This document shows, piece after piece, positions 1 to 9,290 of a stretch of 64,000 nucleotides of DNA. Made by a program: the position numbers and the translations under genes. The notes under the pieces are model-generated. The model saw only the letters and a program-made list of their open reading frames with translations. It did no database searches and was not told the origin of the DNA. Numbering within the stretch: the stretch's first letter is position 1; each line of letters begins with the position of its first letter. Location of the stretch: positions 62,001 to 126,000 of IMG/VR virus record IMGVR_UViG_3300017763_000002. The stretch is one strand, 5' to 3'.

Positions 1-397
1 CTATGTATTGGCTTTTAAAATACCCGCATTCAGTGTGCTCGTAATCTAAATTGATAGTTTCCATTCTTTCTAGTGGATATTCAAATAGCGACAAGTCTCT
101 AATTCTTGACAAAATTTTTAATTTATTTTCATCTATAATTAAACCTGTCTCTTCTAAAACTTCCCTGCATGCCGCTTTCTCGAGAGATTCTCCAGCTTCT
201 ACTGCTCCACAAAATGGAGACCAGTAACCTCCGAATGGAACTTTAAAATTATTATGTGGGCATACTTCAATTCTCTTAGCTAAAACCACTAACTGACCAA
301 GCCTTAGAATAACCCCTACATTAGTTGATGATCTAAAGTTCGAAGTCGTTATGTCTGCACTGGAATGATGGGCATCCGCTATATTGTCTTTTTTCAA
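1..397 (-). CDS. Nudix hydrolase (3' end truncated by window edge; start uncertain, possibly TTG at 397)
   Basis: Not in the ORF track. Manual minus-strand translation from 322 to 2 is open: NVGVILRLGQLVVLAKR...GGYWSPFCGAVEAGESLEKAACREVLEETGLIIDE..., containing a Nudix box GX5EX7REUXEEXGU. The frame stays open upstream to a TTG at 397-395, overlapping the nuclease 3' end. Confidence 0.85.
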   Translation of the reverse strand, partial: MKKDNIADAHHSSADITTSNFRSSTNVGVILRLGQLVVLAKRIEVCPHNNFKVPFGGYWSPFCGAVEAGESLEKAACREVLEETGLIIDENKLKILSRIRDLSLFEYPLERMETINLDYEHTECGYFKSQYI

Positions 398-1406
398 TTG
401 TAAATCCTTTCTCTAATTTTTGATCTAATGAATCTTTGTCTTCTGGGTATACACTTTTTTTGATGCTTCCCTCTTCATCCAAAAGCACATAGTACTCAAA
501 AGGTTTACGGAACTGACATATGTAGGCTTTGATTGGGCTTCCATCTTTATCTAAAACTTCCTTACCCTTAGACATCTTGTAGCCATCTTTACCGCAAGAC
601 AAAGGCCCTCCAAATGTGCCGTCTTTAGGGTAAGACTGATCTGAAGCAAAATTGGATTTTGCATTATTTTCTGAAAAATTTTCTAAATAATTCTGTACGC
701 CAGACAGCTCATACTCAAACCCCTCAAGAACATCATCTGATAATTCTTTCATTTTTATTACTCCTGGGCCAGATTCACCCAGCATATCTTTTTCTAGAAC
801 AAATTTTAAAAACAAAAACTCACTAATACTTTTATACTTTGGGTATAATTTTTTAATCGCTAGACAATACATTAAGTCTTGCATGTTGTCGCTGATTTCC
901 TTGCCTTTAAATTTTTGCTTGCTTGATTTGAAGTCTCTTATTATTGCGGATCCGTCTGCGTAAAGAAATAATTTATCGATAAACCCTCTTATGTTATATC
1001 TTTTTTCTCCTTCTTCAATCTGTAAATTAAACTCTTTTTCGGAGAAAGACTTGTCGAGTTTTCCTGGGTCTTTTCCGAAAAAATCGTAGTTTAAACCGTT
1101 GACTACCATTTTGTTTATGTCATCTAGGCTTTCTTGGTTAAAAACGCTTAAGCGCTTTGCATGTTTGTGTACCATTTTTTCGATAGAAGGAACGCACCAA
1201 ATAGTTTGCTCTTTGATTATTAAATCAAAATATTTTTTCCTTCTTACGTTTCCAAGCACTTCAAAAATAAGGTGACATATCCATCCTTTTGATGCGCCAT
1301 CATTGCTTTTGTCTGGAAGTTTTAATACGTACTTGGCCCAATATAACCAAGAACATTGTTGCGCAGTTTTAATTCTGCTGGCGGATAGGAAAATGGGTTT
1401 TTTCAT
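333..1406 (-). CDS. PD-(D/E)XK exonuclease, Cas4/AddB/RecB-like
   Basis: N-terminal LSASRIKTAQQCSW; catalytic RGFIDKLF...IIRDFKSSK; Q/Y motif QDLMYCLA; one N-terminal and several C-terminal Cys that could form an Fe-S staple. Confidence 0.75.
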   Translation of the reverse strand: MKKPIFLSASRIKTAQQCSWLYWAKYVLKLPDKSNDGASKGWICHLIFEVLGNVRRKKYFDLIIKEQTIWCVPSIEKMVHKHAKRLSVFNQESLDDINKMVVNGLNYDFFGKDPGKLDKSFSEKEFNLQIEEGEKRYNIRGFIDKLFLYADGSAIIRDFKSSKQKFKGKEISDNMQDLMYCLAIKKLYPKYKSISEFLFLKFVLEKDMLGESGPGVIKMKELSDDVLEGFEYELSGVQNYLENFSENNAKSNFASDQSYPKDGTFGGPLSCGKDGYKMSKGKEVLDKDGSPIKAYICQFRKPFEYYVLLDEEGSIKKSVYPEDKDSLDQKLEKGFTIEKRQYSGCPSFQCRHNDFEL

Positions 1407-2443
1407 AAAATTGATTTAATGTTTTTTGATAGATTAGCGCTAAGCTTTCCGCTTCGCGACATTTGTTTACAAGCAGATTTTATTTCAGACAAAGAATCGT
1501 ATTGAATACAAGATTGCAAGTTGTCTTTCCAGCTGATAAATTCATTAGAATTCATATCTCCAAAATCATTTTGTAATGGTTGGTGAATTTTAATTTTACT
1601 TGGCATAAATAAATGAGATATCATTTTTAAAAAATTCTTATAGGAGGCTTCTAGGCCTCGATTATCTTTAGATAAAGCGTCATTATTAAGCGATAATACT
1701 ATGTGGCTAGGGTTAATAAATGTTAGATAATTTAATAGTTTCTTAGAAAGATCTAGCCCGAAAGAAACTAAAACGTTATGTATTCCGTGCGTTTTTAAAT
1801 TTAATAAATCCCCAATACTTTCTACGATAATTACATGCCCGCAATCGCTGATTGATTGTTCTGTTAAAGGGTCTGCGAAAGCAGGATAAACCCAATTGCT
1901 TTTTCTACCTATGTGCTTCCATTTGGGTCTGCTGTCATTGTTATAAATATCTCTGCCAGAAAAACCATGTATTTGTTTATTTTCATTAAAAATTGGAAAC
2001 ACAAACCTGCCATTAAGTTTGCCCGATGTGGCTAAACCTCCTTTTAAGTTTTTTAAAACTTCTGTATCAATGCCTTTGTTGTTATAAAATTTATAATGGG
2101 GTAATAGTCTTGATAGCATATCTTCGGGGTATACTTCTTCCATTTCTATTTTAGATATACTTTCTGATATAATTTTGTCATACTTAAAACCTTTATCGTC
2201 GCTAATATATTTCTTAATTTCTTTAGGGTCATTTGTTCCTAGCGTGACTTGAACTAATTTTTGGAAACTATTAAAAGTAGTATCTTGAACATAATCTTTC
2301 CATACTCCAGAGTTTTTATAAATCTGTAATGCGGTAGGGTTATCTCCATTTCTGAATAGCGCGCTAGTCTGCCAATAGGAGCCTCTATCGCTTAATTTAT
2401 AACCCAGCCTTAATAGGCTGTCTTTAATTTCTTCGGGTTCCAT
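1403..2443 (-). CDS. dnaG: DNA primase (DnaG-like, Toprim)
   Basis: RFVFPIFNENKQIHGFSGR, KWKH and Toprim IIVESIGDLL...LSLNND motifs; directly downstream of the helicase. Start moved to the ATG at 2443, 1 nt after the helicase stop. Confidence 0.8.
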   Translation of the reverse strand: MEPEEIKDSLLRLGYKLSDRGSYWQTSALFRNGDNPTALQIYKNSGVWKDYVQDTTFNSFQKLVQVTLGTNDPKEIKKYISDDKGFKYDKIISESISKIEMEEVYPEDMLSRLLPHYKFYNNKGIDTEVLKNLKGGLATSGKLNGRFVFPIFNENKQIHGFSGRDIYNNDSRPKWKHIGRKSNWVYPAFADPLTEQSISDCGHVIIVESIGDLLNLKTHGIHNVLVSFGLDLSKKLLNYLTFINPSHIVLSLNNDALSKDNRGLEASYKNFLKMISHLFMPSKIKIHQPLQNDFGDMNSNEFISWKDNLQSCIQYDSLSEIKSACKQMSRSGKLSANLSKNIKSIL

Positions 2444-2444
2444 T

Positions 2445-3965
2445 TTATGAAAAGTTCGGCGCTTGGAAAAAGTTTTCTGCATTATTTAAATTTACGTCTT
2501 CTACATTCATACTATCGGACAAATCTTTCATGTCCCCTTTATCACTAATATTAAAATTAACTATATCCAGATTAATTGAATTCCTGACTTTTGTTCCATC
2601 TGGCATTTCAACTAAACTTAAAGCTCGCACAACGTCTTTTCCTAAATCTCTATGCTTGAGGCAGGTTAATCTATGCGAGCCAAACTCTTCGGGTTCGTTT
2701 TGCAATTCATCTGCAGTCTTTTTTCTTAAGCTAAACAAATGAGAAGAGAACTGCGTGATTCTATCAGAAAGCGAAACAATACTTTCGTCGTCTACTATGT
2801 TATTTGAATTCCTGTTGCCTACTATTCCTGTTCTATTGCTTTGTACGCTAGTCAACATAGCGATCATTGGTTCGTTCTCGAATACGATATCTTTCATAAC
2901 AAGCCTTTTGAACTTATCGACCATTTCTCCTACGACCTGCCATTCAGTCTTAGAACTAAAATTTTCAAAAGTAGTTTTGATATAGTCAAAGTTTAAAATC
3001 ATTCTATTGCCCCTACCAACCTTTGAGTAGTAAAATCTTCTAACTAAATTAATCATATTATCTACAGACATGCCGCCCACATTGTAATAATAGAACTGCA
3101 AGTTTTCTATTTTTTCTAAACCCTGCCTCATTTGATTAACGATTTCCTTGCCCGCGTTTCTCCATTTTCCTGTTTGAACTAAGTGAAGAGGTACTCCTGT
3201 CATAGCCGCGCACTGACGATTCATTATTTCTTCTTTACTCATTTCTCCATTGTCTAAATGGAGCACTGGCACGTTATTATATTTGGATGAAGTTTTTGTA
3301 CAAAAATCCATACAGAACTGAGTTTTTCCAACGCCAGAACGAGCGACAACTACAGTTATATTGCCAGGCTTCAATAGGGATCCATAAAGGTTATTAATTG
3401 ATTCGTGTGGCCCCATGAATCCAAATTCTTCTATTGGGTTTTCGCCCCGCTCCTCCATGATATCTTTCATTTCTGAGAAAATATTTTCTGGGTTATCAGA
3501 CTCCTCCTGGAATACATTGATGTTTTTATTATATATTGAATCAGCGGTATCAACAATCTCAGAATAGGAAGCTGTATTTGGTAGGGATTTAACTTGGTCA
3601 ATTATATCTGATGAAGCTTGGCACAAGATTCTTTTAACTGAAAGTTTTTTAAGTTCTCTTGCGGATGTTAAGACTGAATTCTCAGAGGTCTTTCTCATAG
3701 ATAAAGCCTTAATGTAATCTGCTATGTTTATGTTATCTTCAAAATCTATACCTAAAGATTTTACTCTTTCAGATAAGACTATTTCGTCTACGCTTTCTGT
3801 GTTTTCTAAACTTTGCCTTAGTACGCAAAATATAGTCTTATTAACCTGGCTAGCTTCACTGAAGAAATCATCGTCAGAAATATGATGTGCTATTTCTGGA
3901 TATATTTCAGGGAATTTTATTAAGCCTGATAGAAATTGCTGTTCGCAGTCGTAAGAATAAATCAT
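2445..3965 (-). CDS. dnaB: Replicative DNA helicase, DnaB family
   Basis: N-terminal DnaB-like domain (EQQFLSGLI); Walker A VVARSGVGKT; EMSKEEIMNR; Walker B ILNFDYIK; SVQSNR; ITQFSSHLF. Confidence 0.9.
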   Translation of the reverse strand: MIYSYDCEQQFLSGLIKFPEIYPEIAHHISDDDFFSEASQVNKTIFCVLRQSLENTESVDEIVLSERVKSLGIDFEDNINIADYIKALSMRKTSENSVLTSARELKKLSVKRILCQASSDIIDQVKSLPNTASYSEIVDTADSIYNKNINVFQEESDNPENIFSEMKDIMEERGENPIEEFGFMGPHESINNLYGSLLKPGNITVVVARSGVGKTQFCMDFCTKTSSKYNNVPVLHLDNGEMSKEEIMNRQCAAMTGVPLHLVQTGKWRNAGKEIVNQMRQGLEKIENLQFYYYNVGGMSVDNMINLVRRFYYSKVGRGNRMILNFDYIKTTFENFSSKTEWQVVGEMVDKFKRLVMKDIVFENEPMIAMLTSVQSNRTGIVGNRNSNNIVDDESIVSLSDRITQFSSHLFSLRKKTADELQNEPEEFGSHRLTCLKHRDLGKDVVRALSLVEMPDGTKVRNSINLDIVNFNISDKGDMKDLSDSMNVEDVNLNNAENFFQAPNFS

Positions 3966-3975
3966 GTTAAGAATG

Positions 3976-4004
3976 ATAATACCACAGGTTTAACTGTATG
4001 TCAA
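3976..4004 (-). promoter_or_regulatory. sigma70-type promoter for helicase-primase operon
   Basis: Minus strand TTGACA-17 nt-TATTAT; the -10 ends 11 nt before the helicase ATG. Confidence 0.7.
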
Positions 4005-4258
4005 TCTTCTTCTGGGTTGATATTGGGTCTTGTGGCTTCTTCAACTTCACACAAGTAACTTTCCGCAGCTTTCCTGATCCCCATCTCAACTATAGCAGAA
4101 GAACTTTGAGACACAACTTCCGGGACTCCGTTTTGATCTACAAAGAACAAAAGAAAGCCTCCGCTTTCTTCTGATGATCCTGAGAATTCATATATTTTTT
4201 GCAGTACAGACTCGGGCATACTGAACTTTGGGATTTTATCTGGATTAAAATCTTCCAC
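4001..4258 (-). CDS. Small hypothetical protein
   Basis: 85-aa ORF, GTG start, packed between neighbours in the same operon; preceded by the GTGTA motif. Confidence 0.65.
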   Translation of the reverse strand: MEDFNPDKIPKFSMPESVLQKIYEFSGSSEESGGFLLFFVDQNGVPEVVSQSSSAIVEMGIRKAAESYLCEVEEATRPNINPEED

Positions 4259-4663
4259 CTATTTAAGTACACCTTTATTTATTAGCTCATCTATTTCTTT
4301 TTCTGAGAACACTTCAATTAGCTTAATGTCGTTCATGTCGCAAAACTCTCGCTTTTGATGGTCTCGCCTCATTTGTGATATGAAATTAATTTTATTTTTA
4401 CCATGAAAAAAGGGGACATACTTTACATGTTGTCTGCCCTGAACTTCTATAGCCACTCTTTTGTTGGCATTATAAAAATCAAAAGACATTTTTGTTCCAG
4501 CTAGAGGGAACTCTTCAAATACGATATGGTTGTTCCATATTTTATTTAATTTTGATTTTACTCTAAATTGAATTTTACTTCGACTAGGCCCTGACCAGTC
4601 AATTCTATACTTGTGGGGTTTAGTGATTTTTTTGACAGAACCTAATAAGGTTTTAAATTCCAT
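4259..4663 (-). CDS. Vsr/DUF559-like PD-(D/E)XK endonuclease
   Basis: FEEFPLAG..MSFDFYNANKRVAIEVQGRQH...RDHQKREFC matches the restriction-endonuclease-like E...D...ExxGxxH pattern. Confidence 0.65.
   Translation of the reverse strand: MEFKTLLGSVKKITKPHKYRIDWSGPSRSKIQFRVKSKLNKIWNNHIVFEEFPLAGTKMSFDFYNANKRVAIEVQGRQHVKYVPFFHGKNKINFISQMRRDHQKREFCDMNDIKLIEVFSEKEIDELINKGVLK
4265..4272 (-). promoter_or_regulatory. GTGTA motif (candidate late promoter)
   Basis: GTGTACTT starting 14 nt before the GTG at 4258, embedded in the 3' end of the upstream CDS. Confidence 0.5.
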
Positions 4664-5750
4664 CTACTAAATTTTTAAACTCAAGATAGAGAAAATCAAG
4701 CAATTCTTGGTTCTGTTCTAAATAATTTAAGAACTTTTGTTCGCCTTGGAATTTGCTTTCGCATTCAATATTTTTAGCTTTTAACTCTTCTTTGATTTCT
4801 TCTGATAAAGATATCCACGCTCCGCTTTTAGATGCCATTTGAAATGTAAACATTAAGTCAGATATTTCCCTAGACTTCCAGATGGAGTTGCCATCTTTTT
4901 GTCCGTATCTAACTGGGTACCTTACAAGGCTACCAGTCTTTTCATTAACACTTTTTCTGAACCTGATTCTACAATAGTGTCCAAGAGGATCTCCTTTATC
5001 GTCTATTCTCGTGGCCGATGGATTACTGTACATCACATCCCCGCTCCACCTTTCTTCAAATTCTAGGATGAAATTAGCATAGTGTTTTACAGCATTACCT
5101 CCTGCTTGTTTTACTTTTGGGCCACCTCTTGAAGCATAAGGGTTTGTTGCAACTTCAACTCTAACTTGAGAAGTTAAAATCATCATATGCCCCATTTTGC
5201 TGATTGGCAGAACCATTTTTTTTAAGAAAACAGATGTTATGAGCGCTCCGCCTGCAACTTGCTCAGGCTCGTCAAAACCTTTATCTATGTCATTAATTCT
5301 GCAAAGTGCATCAACACTATCCACAATGAACATGAATTTTCTACCTTCTTTATTATTGAATACAAGCTCTCTTATGAGTTCAAAAACTTTTTCAAAAATA
5401 TTACAGTCAAATACAAAAAATCTTTCAGGGGCAGGGTCTATCCCGCTTCTAGAAATTATTTCAGGACTTAGCCTACCTTCGCTTTTTATTACTATGATCA
5501 TGGCATCATCCCCAAAATGATCTTGAAAATGCTTGGCAAACCCAAGCGCACAGCTAGTCTTCCCCCCTTCATTTACCCCAGTAAACCTATGTGCTCCTGG
5601 CGTTAATCCACCCCCCAGGGCAATATCTAGATTAATACTTCCAGATGGAATTTTATAATTTAAGTCTTCAAAATTATTGAAATGATATTTTTTATTGTTT
5701 TTGTCAGATAAAAAAGAATTGATCTGATCTAAAGCTTCTGTCTTAGCCAT
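4653..5750 (-). CDS. recA: RecA/UvsX-like recombinase
   Basis: IPSGSINLDIALGGG; Walker A GVNEGGKTS; Walker B FIVDSVDAL; ILTSQVR; GGNAVKHYA; C-terminal GAWIS. Confidence 0.85.
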   Translation of the reverse strand: MAKTEALDQINSFLSDKNNKKYHFNNFEDLNYKIPSGSINLDIALGGGLTPGAHRFTGVNEGGKTSCALGFAKHFQDHFGDDAMIIVIKSEGRLSPEIISRSGIDPAPERFFVFDCNIFEKVFELIRELVFNNKEGRKFMFIVDSVDALCRINDIDKGFDEPEQVAGGALITSVFLKKMVLPISKMGHMMILTSQVRVEVATNPYASRGGPKVKQAGGNAVKHYANFILEFEERWSGDVMYSNPSATRIDDKGDPLGHYCRIRFRKSVNEKTGSLVRYPVRYGQKDGNSIWKSREISDLMFTFQMASKSGAWISLSEEIKEELKAKNIECESKFQGEQKFLNYLEQNQELLDFLYLEFKNLVDGI

Positions 5751-6075
5751 TTAGGAACCTCCTTGTTGTTAGTTTATTTATTTTTTTATGTGGAACACTT
5801 CCGCCGGATTTTCTCCCAATCCTGTAGTTTTTATATTTACTTTCTGGGCTCTGGCAAAATTCTTTATATTGTCTTTGTATTATTCTTCTCCCTTGGTCTG
5901 TTTTAAAGAAGAATAGTGATTTAATTTTTTCTTTTAAAGAAAACTTTTCCCAAAATAATGGGTGTTCATATTTTTTAAGTAAACTATTTAAAATACTATA
6001 CTGCTTTACATAGTCTTGCTTGCAGGTTAAGCTTTCTTTTATTAATAGCTTTTCTAGAACTGTTTTCTTTTTCAC
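5743..6075 (-). CDS. Hypothetical basic protein
   Basis: 110-aa Lys-rich ORF, GTG start, overlaps the recA start, directly downstream of a sigma70 promoter. Confidence 0.6.
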   Translation of the reverse strand: MKKKTVLEKLLIKESLTCKQDYVKQYSILNSLLKKYEHPLFWEKFSLKEKIKSLFFFKTDQGRRIIQRQYKEFCQSPESKYKNYRIGRKSGGSVPHKKINKLTTRRFLNG

Positions 6076-6081
6076 TCAGGA

Positions 6082-6110
6082 AGTATAACACATAAATTAA
6101 ACTATGTCAA
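6082..6110 (-). promoter_or_regulatory. sigma70-type promoter (extended -10)
   Basis: Minus strand TTGACA-17 nt-TATACT with TGn; the predicted +1 falls at about the GTG start at 6075. Confidence 0.7.
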
Positions 6111-8012
6111 TACATTATATTTCGGGGGAGCGGACCTGATAAACTTTTGCATTTCATCTTTGTACTCGTGAGGCAAGTATTCTTCGTTTTCTATAGCCTC
6201 TAATTTTTTAACCACAGAATGGTAGTATTTGTGACTAAGGTCAAAGTGTTCAGTAGGTATTACAAATTGATGTACCCTACCTAGATTGTCTCCAATTGAA
6301 ACAATCTTTTCTGAATTATCTAAGATGCAAACTGTTTCAGATAAATTAAAATTTTTAAATAAAGATTTTAATTCTGAAGTGTTTCTTGTTTCTGCGTAAG
6401 TGTTTTTTAGGGAATCTATTAATTTTTCTTGAGCTGAAACCTCTTCTTTGAGTAATTCAATTTCTTTTTTAATTTCGTCTTTGTCTTTTTCTAGATCTAT
6501 TTTTTGTTTAGAAAGGGATTCAGACTCTTGTTTTAATTTTAATATTTTTTGACTGACTTCATCTTTCTTCTGATTTAAATTATTTTGTAAAGAGATTACA
6601 TTCTCTCTTTCGATTTTTAGAGAATCTTCTTTACCTTTGATTATTATATTTTGTTCTTGTACTTGAGCCTTTTTTGAATTAATTTTATTTTTGATTTGAA
6701 CCAGCTTAGCGTTATGGTTTAATGATTCTTTTTTTAGTTCGTCTAACTGTTCATGTTTAGATCTTAATTCTCTTTCCATCATTTCTAGCTCTGTCTTTTT
6801 CGAGTCTACATCTTCTTCTGTTTTATTATAAAGAACTTCATAATTTTCTATTTTGTTTTTAAGATCATTTAATTCTAAGGTTTTTTCTTCAACACCTTTC
6901 TTTGCCGCTTCGTATTGTTCTCTTATTTTATTGTTAGCTTTTTTAGATACAGGGAAATGTTTTTCAATACTAATATTTGCGGCGATAACTAAAAGTATAG
7001 CCAAGGGGTCAAAAACTAATACGAGAATGATAATAACAATCCTAACTGCTTGAGAGATATCAAACTCTTTACCCGTAAAGTCAGCAATAGCTTCCGCAAC
7101 ATATTTAACTGGACCGACTTCAGCTTCTAGCTGTCTTGCGCTATCAGCAAAACCTATTTTACCAGTTTCTAGTTCGTCTATTCTTCCGTAAGCTTCGGAT
7201 ATCTTGAGATTAAATTGTTCTATTTGGGGTTGAACTGAGGTGTCTTTATTAGAGCTAGATTCTCTAAAGTTTGTTATTTTTTGTTCTATGGTATTAATTT
7301 TTTCGTTTGCAGACTGCCTAAAGGAATTTATGTTATTGTTATAATTTTTAATTTCATTTGATGTCGCTTCTCTTTCAGGAGATTGGCTGGATTTTAGTTC
7401 TTCAATTTTTTTCTTTTTGCTTGAAAATAAACCGCCAGAAGAACTTTCTAAATCAGATAAAACTTTATCCATTTTTATAATTTTATTATTAGATTCATCA
7501 ATTCTATTTTGTTCAAAAGCAATATCCTTATTAAGCTGTGATGTTATGTCTTTTATTTTTTGATTTTCAGAATCAATATCAAGTCTACTTGTAGATTGCT
7601 TGTTAGACATACTAGACTTTAATCTATTTATATTTTCTTGCTGTCTTGTTATATATTCATTTTCTCTAGATATTTTGTTATCTATAACTTCTATTTTGGC
7701 AACAGTTTTTTCTGTTGTTGTTTGGTGTTCTATATGTGCTTTAGATAAAAAGCCAAAAATTCCCATGCTGGTTATTGCCATAAGAGTTAAGGTTGCAAAG
7801 CTTAGGTAGCTTTTTATTAGTAGCGGAGAACTTTTCCAATTTCTATGGAGCCATATAGCGGTAACTATTTTTCCTACTTCGAGCACTCCACCCATTATAA
7901 TAACAGATTTTATAGAACCTGGAAAAATTGTGGCAAGACCAATAACACTAAAGTAAGCAGCTATAGAAGAAATGCTTAGTGCAGATAGAATATATAATAA
8001 ACAAAAAAACAT
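6102..8012 (-). CDS. Membrane-anchored long coiled-coil protein, function unknown
   Basis: About three N-terminal hydrophobic helices, a coiled coil, a further hydrophobic segment (VRIVIIILVLVFDPLAILLVIAA) and a second coiled coil. Confidence 0.7.
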   Translation of the reverse strand: MFFCLLYILSALSISSIAAYFSVIGLATIFPGSIKSVIIMGGVLEVGKIVTAIWLHRNWKSSPLLIKSYLSFATLTLMAITSMGIFGFLSKAHIEHQTTTEKTVAKIEVIDNKISRENEYITRQQENINRLKSSMSNKQSTSRLDIDSENQKIKDITSQLNKDIAFEQNRIDESNNKIIKMDKVLSDLESSSGGLFSSKKKKIEELKSSQSPEREATSNEIKNYNNNINSFRQSANEKINTIEQKITNFRESSSNKDTSVQPQIEQFNLKISEAYGRIDELETGKIGFADSARQLEAEVGPVKYVAEAIADFTGKEFDISQAVRIVIIILVLVFDPLAILLVIAANISIEKHFPVSKKANNKIREQYEAAKKGVEEKTLELNDLKNKIENYEVLYNKTEEDVDSKKTELEMMERELRSKHEQLDELKKESLNHNAKLVQIKNKINSKKAQVQEQNIIIKGKEDSLKIERENVISLQNNLNQKKDEVSQKILKLKQESESLSKQKIDLEKDKDEIKKEIELLKEEVSAQEKLIDSLKNTYAETRNTSELKSLFKNFNLSETVCILDNSEKIVSIGDNLGRVHQFVIPTEHFDLSHKYYHSVVKKLEAIENEEYLPHEYKDEMQKFIRSAPPKYNVLT

Positions 8013-8023
8013 AATTTTATATA

Positions 8024-8248
8024 TTAATATGGGCCGCCTAGATTGGAATTTGGATATCTATCTGACCTTGGATTTTTGCTGTTAGTATTATTACCACTAT
8101 TTGAATTAGGGTAATAGTTCGAGTCATTATCGTTGCCGTAATAGCCTCGATCTTGTTTTCTTTTGGATGAATTAAACACTCCTTGGTTGGAGTAGTTTGG
8201 CTTAGTTAAACTTGTAGGGGTTTGGTTGTTTGGGTAATTGATACTCAT
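8024..8248 (-). CDS. Small Asn/Ser/Tyr-rich low-complexity protein
   Basis: 74 aa, about 17 Asn, no hydrophobic core; preceded by GTGTAATA at the conserved spacing. Confidence 0.55.
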   Translation of the reverse strand: MSINYPNNQTPTSLTKPNYSNQGVFNSSKRKQDRGYYGNDNDSNYYPNSNSGNNTNSKNPRSDRYPNSNLGGPY

Positions 8249-8255
8249 ACAAGAG

Positions 8256-8263
8256 TATTACAC
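8256..8263 (-). promoter_or_regulatory. GTGTA motif (candidate late promoter)
   Basis: GTGTAATA starting 15 nt before the ATG at 8248. Confidence 0.6.
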
Positions 8264-8269
8264 GTATTT

Positions 8270-9283
8270 TTAAAAATCGTCTTCTAAAGAGCCGCTTTGT
8301 TGATATTCTCTGACCCTTCTTTCGAAGAAATTACCCATGGCCTGCACGTCAACAACTTCTCCAAGCCAAGGAAATGGGTTTTTATCACTAGGGAATCTGT
8401 AATCTAAACCGATCGCTTCAAGCCTTCTGTTTCCAATATAATACATATAATCGACAAACATTTCTGCATTTAAACCTAATATTCCTGTTGGTAGAACGTC
8501 GTGTGCATAAGCAATTTCTAGTTCAACAGCCTTTTTAATATGCTCTACAAATTCATCTTGAATTTTTTTAGTCCATATTGTAGGGTTCTGCTCTATTAAG
8601 GTATTAATTAAATATGTACCAAAGGCTATGTGGGAGCTTTCGTCCCTAAGGGTGTACTTGATTTGATCTGAAATGCCTTGTAGTTTGTTTTGCCTGCCTA
8701 ATGCAAGCAACATTGCGAAGCCGCTAAAAAAGAAAGTTCCTTCGCAAACAATCCAGTAGGTAAGAAAGTTTCTTAGTATTTCTTGCTTTCCTTCTTTAGA
8801 GTGTGGGTTAAAATCTTGTCTTCCTATGTCGTTGGTTATAGCCATAAGAAAGTCGTCTTTAGCTTTAATACTTGGAATATTCTCGTAGGCGGTAAACACT
8901 TCATCAATATCTAAATCTAAACTATCACAAACGTATACTACCGTAAGGTTGTGAAGGCTTTCTTCAAATGCTTGACGAAGGATATACTGGCGGCACTCAG
9001 CGTCAGTAATGTATTTAAAGGCACTAAGCAAAAGATTATTACCAACCAAAGACTCGCTTCCAGCAAAAAATCCAAGACAGCGCTTAACAAGTAATTTTTC
9101 ATCTTCTGTAATATCTCCATTTTTCCATTGTTGAATGTCGTTTTGCATGGATATTTCTGTGGGCATCCAATTGTTCGCACAGCTTTTCAGGAAAAGGTCC
9201 CATGCATATTTGTGTTTATGTGGCAGTATTCTATTTACACCTGCAATATTTTCTGTTAAAAGTTCTCCTGTTTTATCGTTCAT
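8270..9283 (-). CDS. nrdB: Ribonucleotide reductase beta subunit with class Ic-like signatures
   Basis: WMPTEISM; metal ligands SESL (E), EESLH, CEGTFF, RDESSH; C-terminal FFERRVREYQ. Val sits at the radical-Tyr position. Confidence 0.93.
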   Translation of the reverse strand: MNDKTGELLTENIAGVNRILPHKHKYAWDLFLKSCANNWMPTEISMQNDIQQWKNGDITEDEKLLVKRCLGFFAGSESLVGNNLLLSAFKYITDAECRQYILRQAFEESLHNLTVVYVCDSLDLDIDEVFTAYENIPSIKAKDDFLMAITNDIGRQDFNPHSKEGKQEILRNFLTYWIVCEGTFFFSGFAMLLALGRQNKLQGISDQIKYTLRDESSHIAFGTYLINTLIEQNPTIWTKKIQDEFVEHIKKAVELEIAYAHDVLPTGILGLNAEMFVDYMYYIGNRRLEAIGLDYRFPSDKNPFPWLGEVVDVQAMGNFFERRVREYQQSGSLEDDF

Positions 9284-9290
9284 GTTTTTT

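Noticed and set aside
333-1406. Cas4-like nuclease as a CRISPR-Cas component
   Set aside because: There is no array, cas1 or cas2. It sits in the helicase-primase operon, as stand-alone phage PD-(D/E)XK exonucleases commonly do.
6084-6091. GTGTTATA as another GTGTA-type motif
   Set aside because: It is better explained as the extended -10 (TGnTATACT) of a sigma70 promoter with TTGACA 17 nt upstream.
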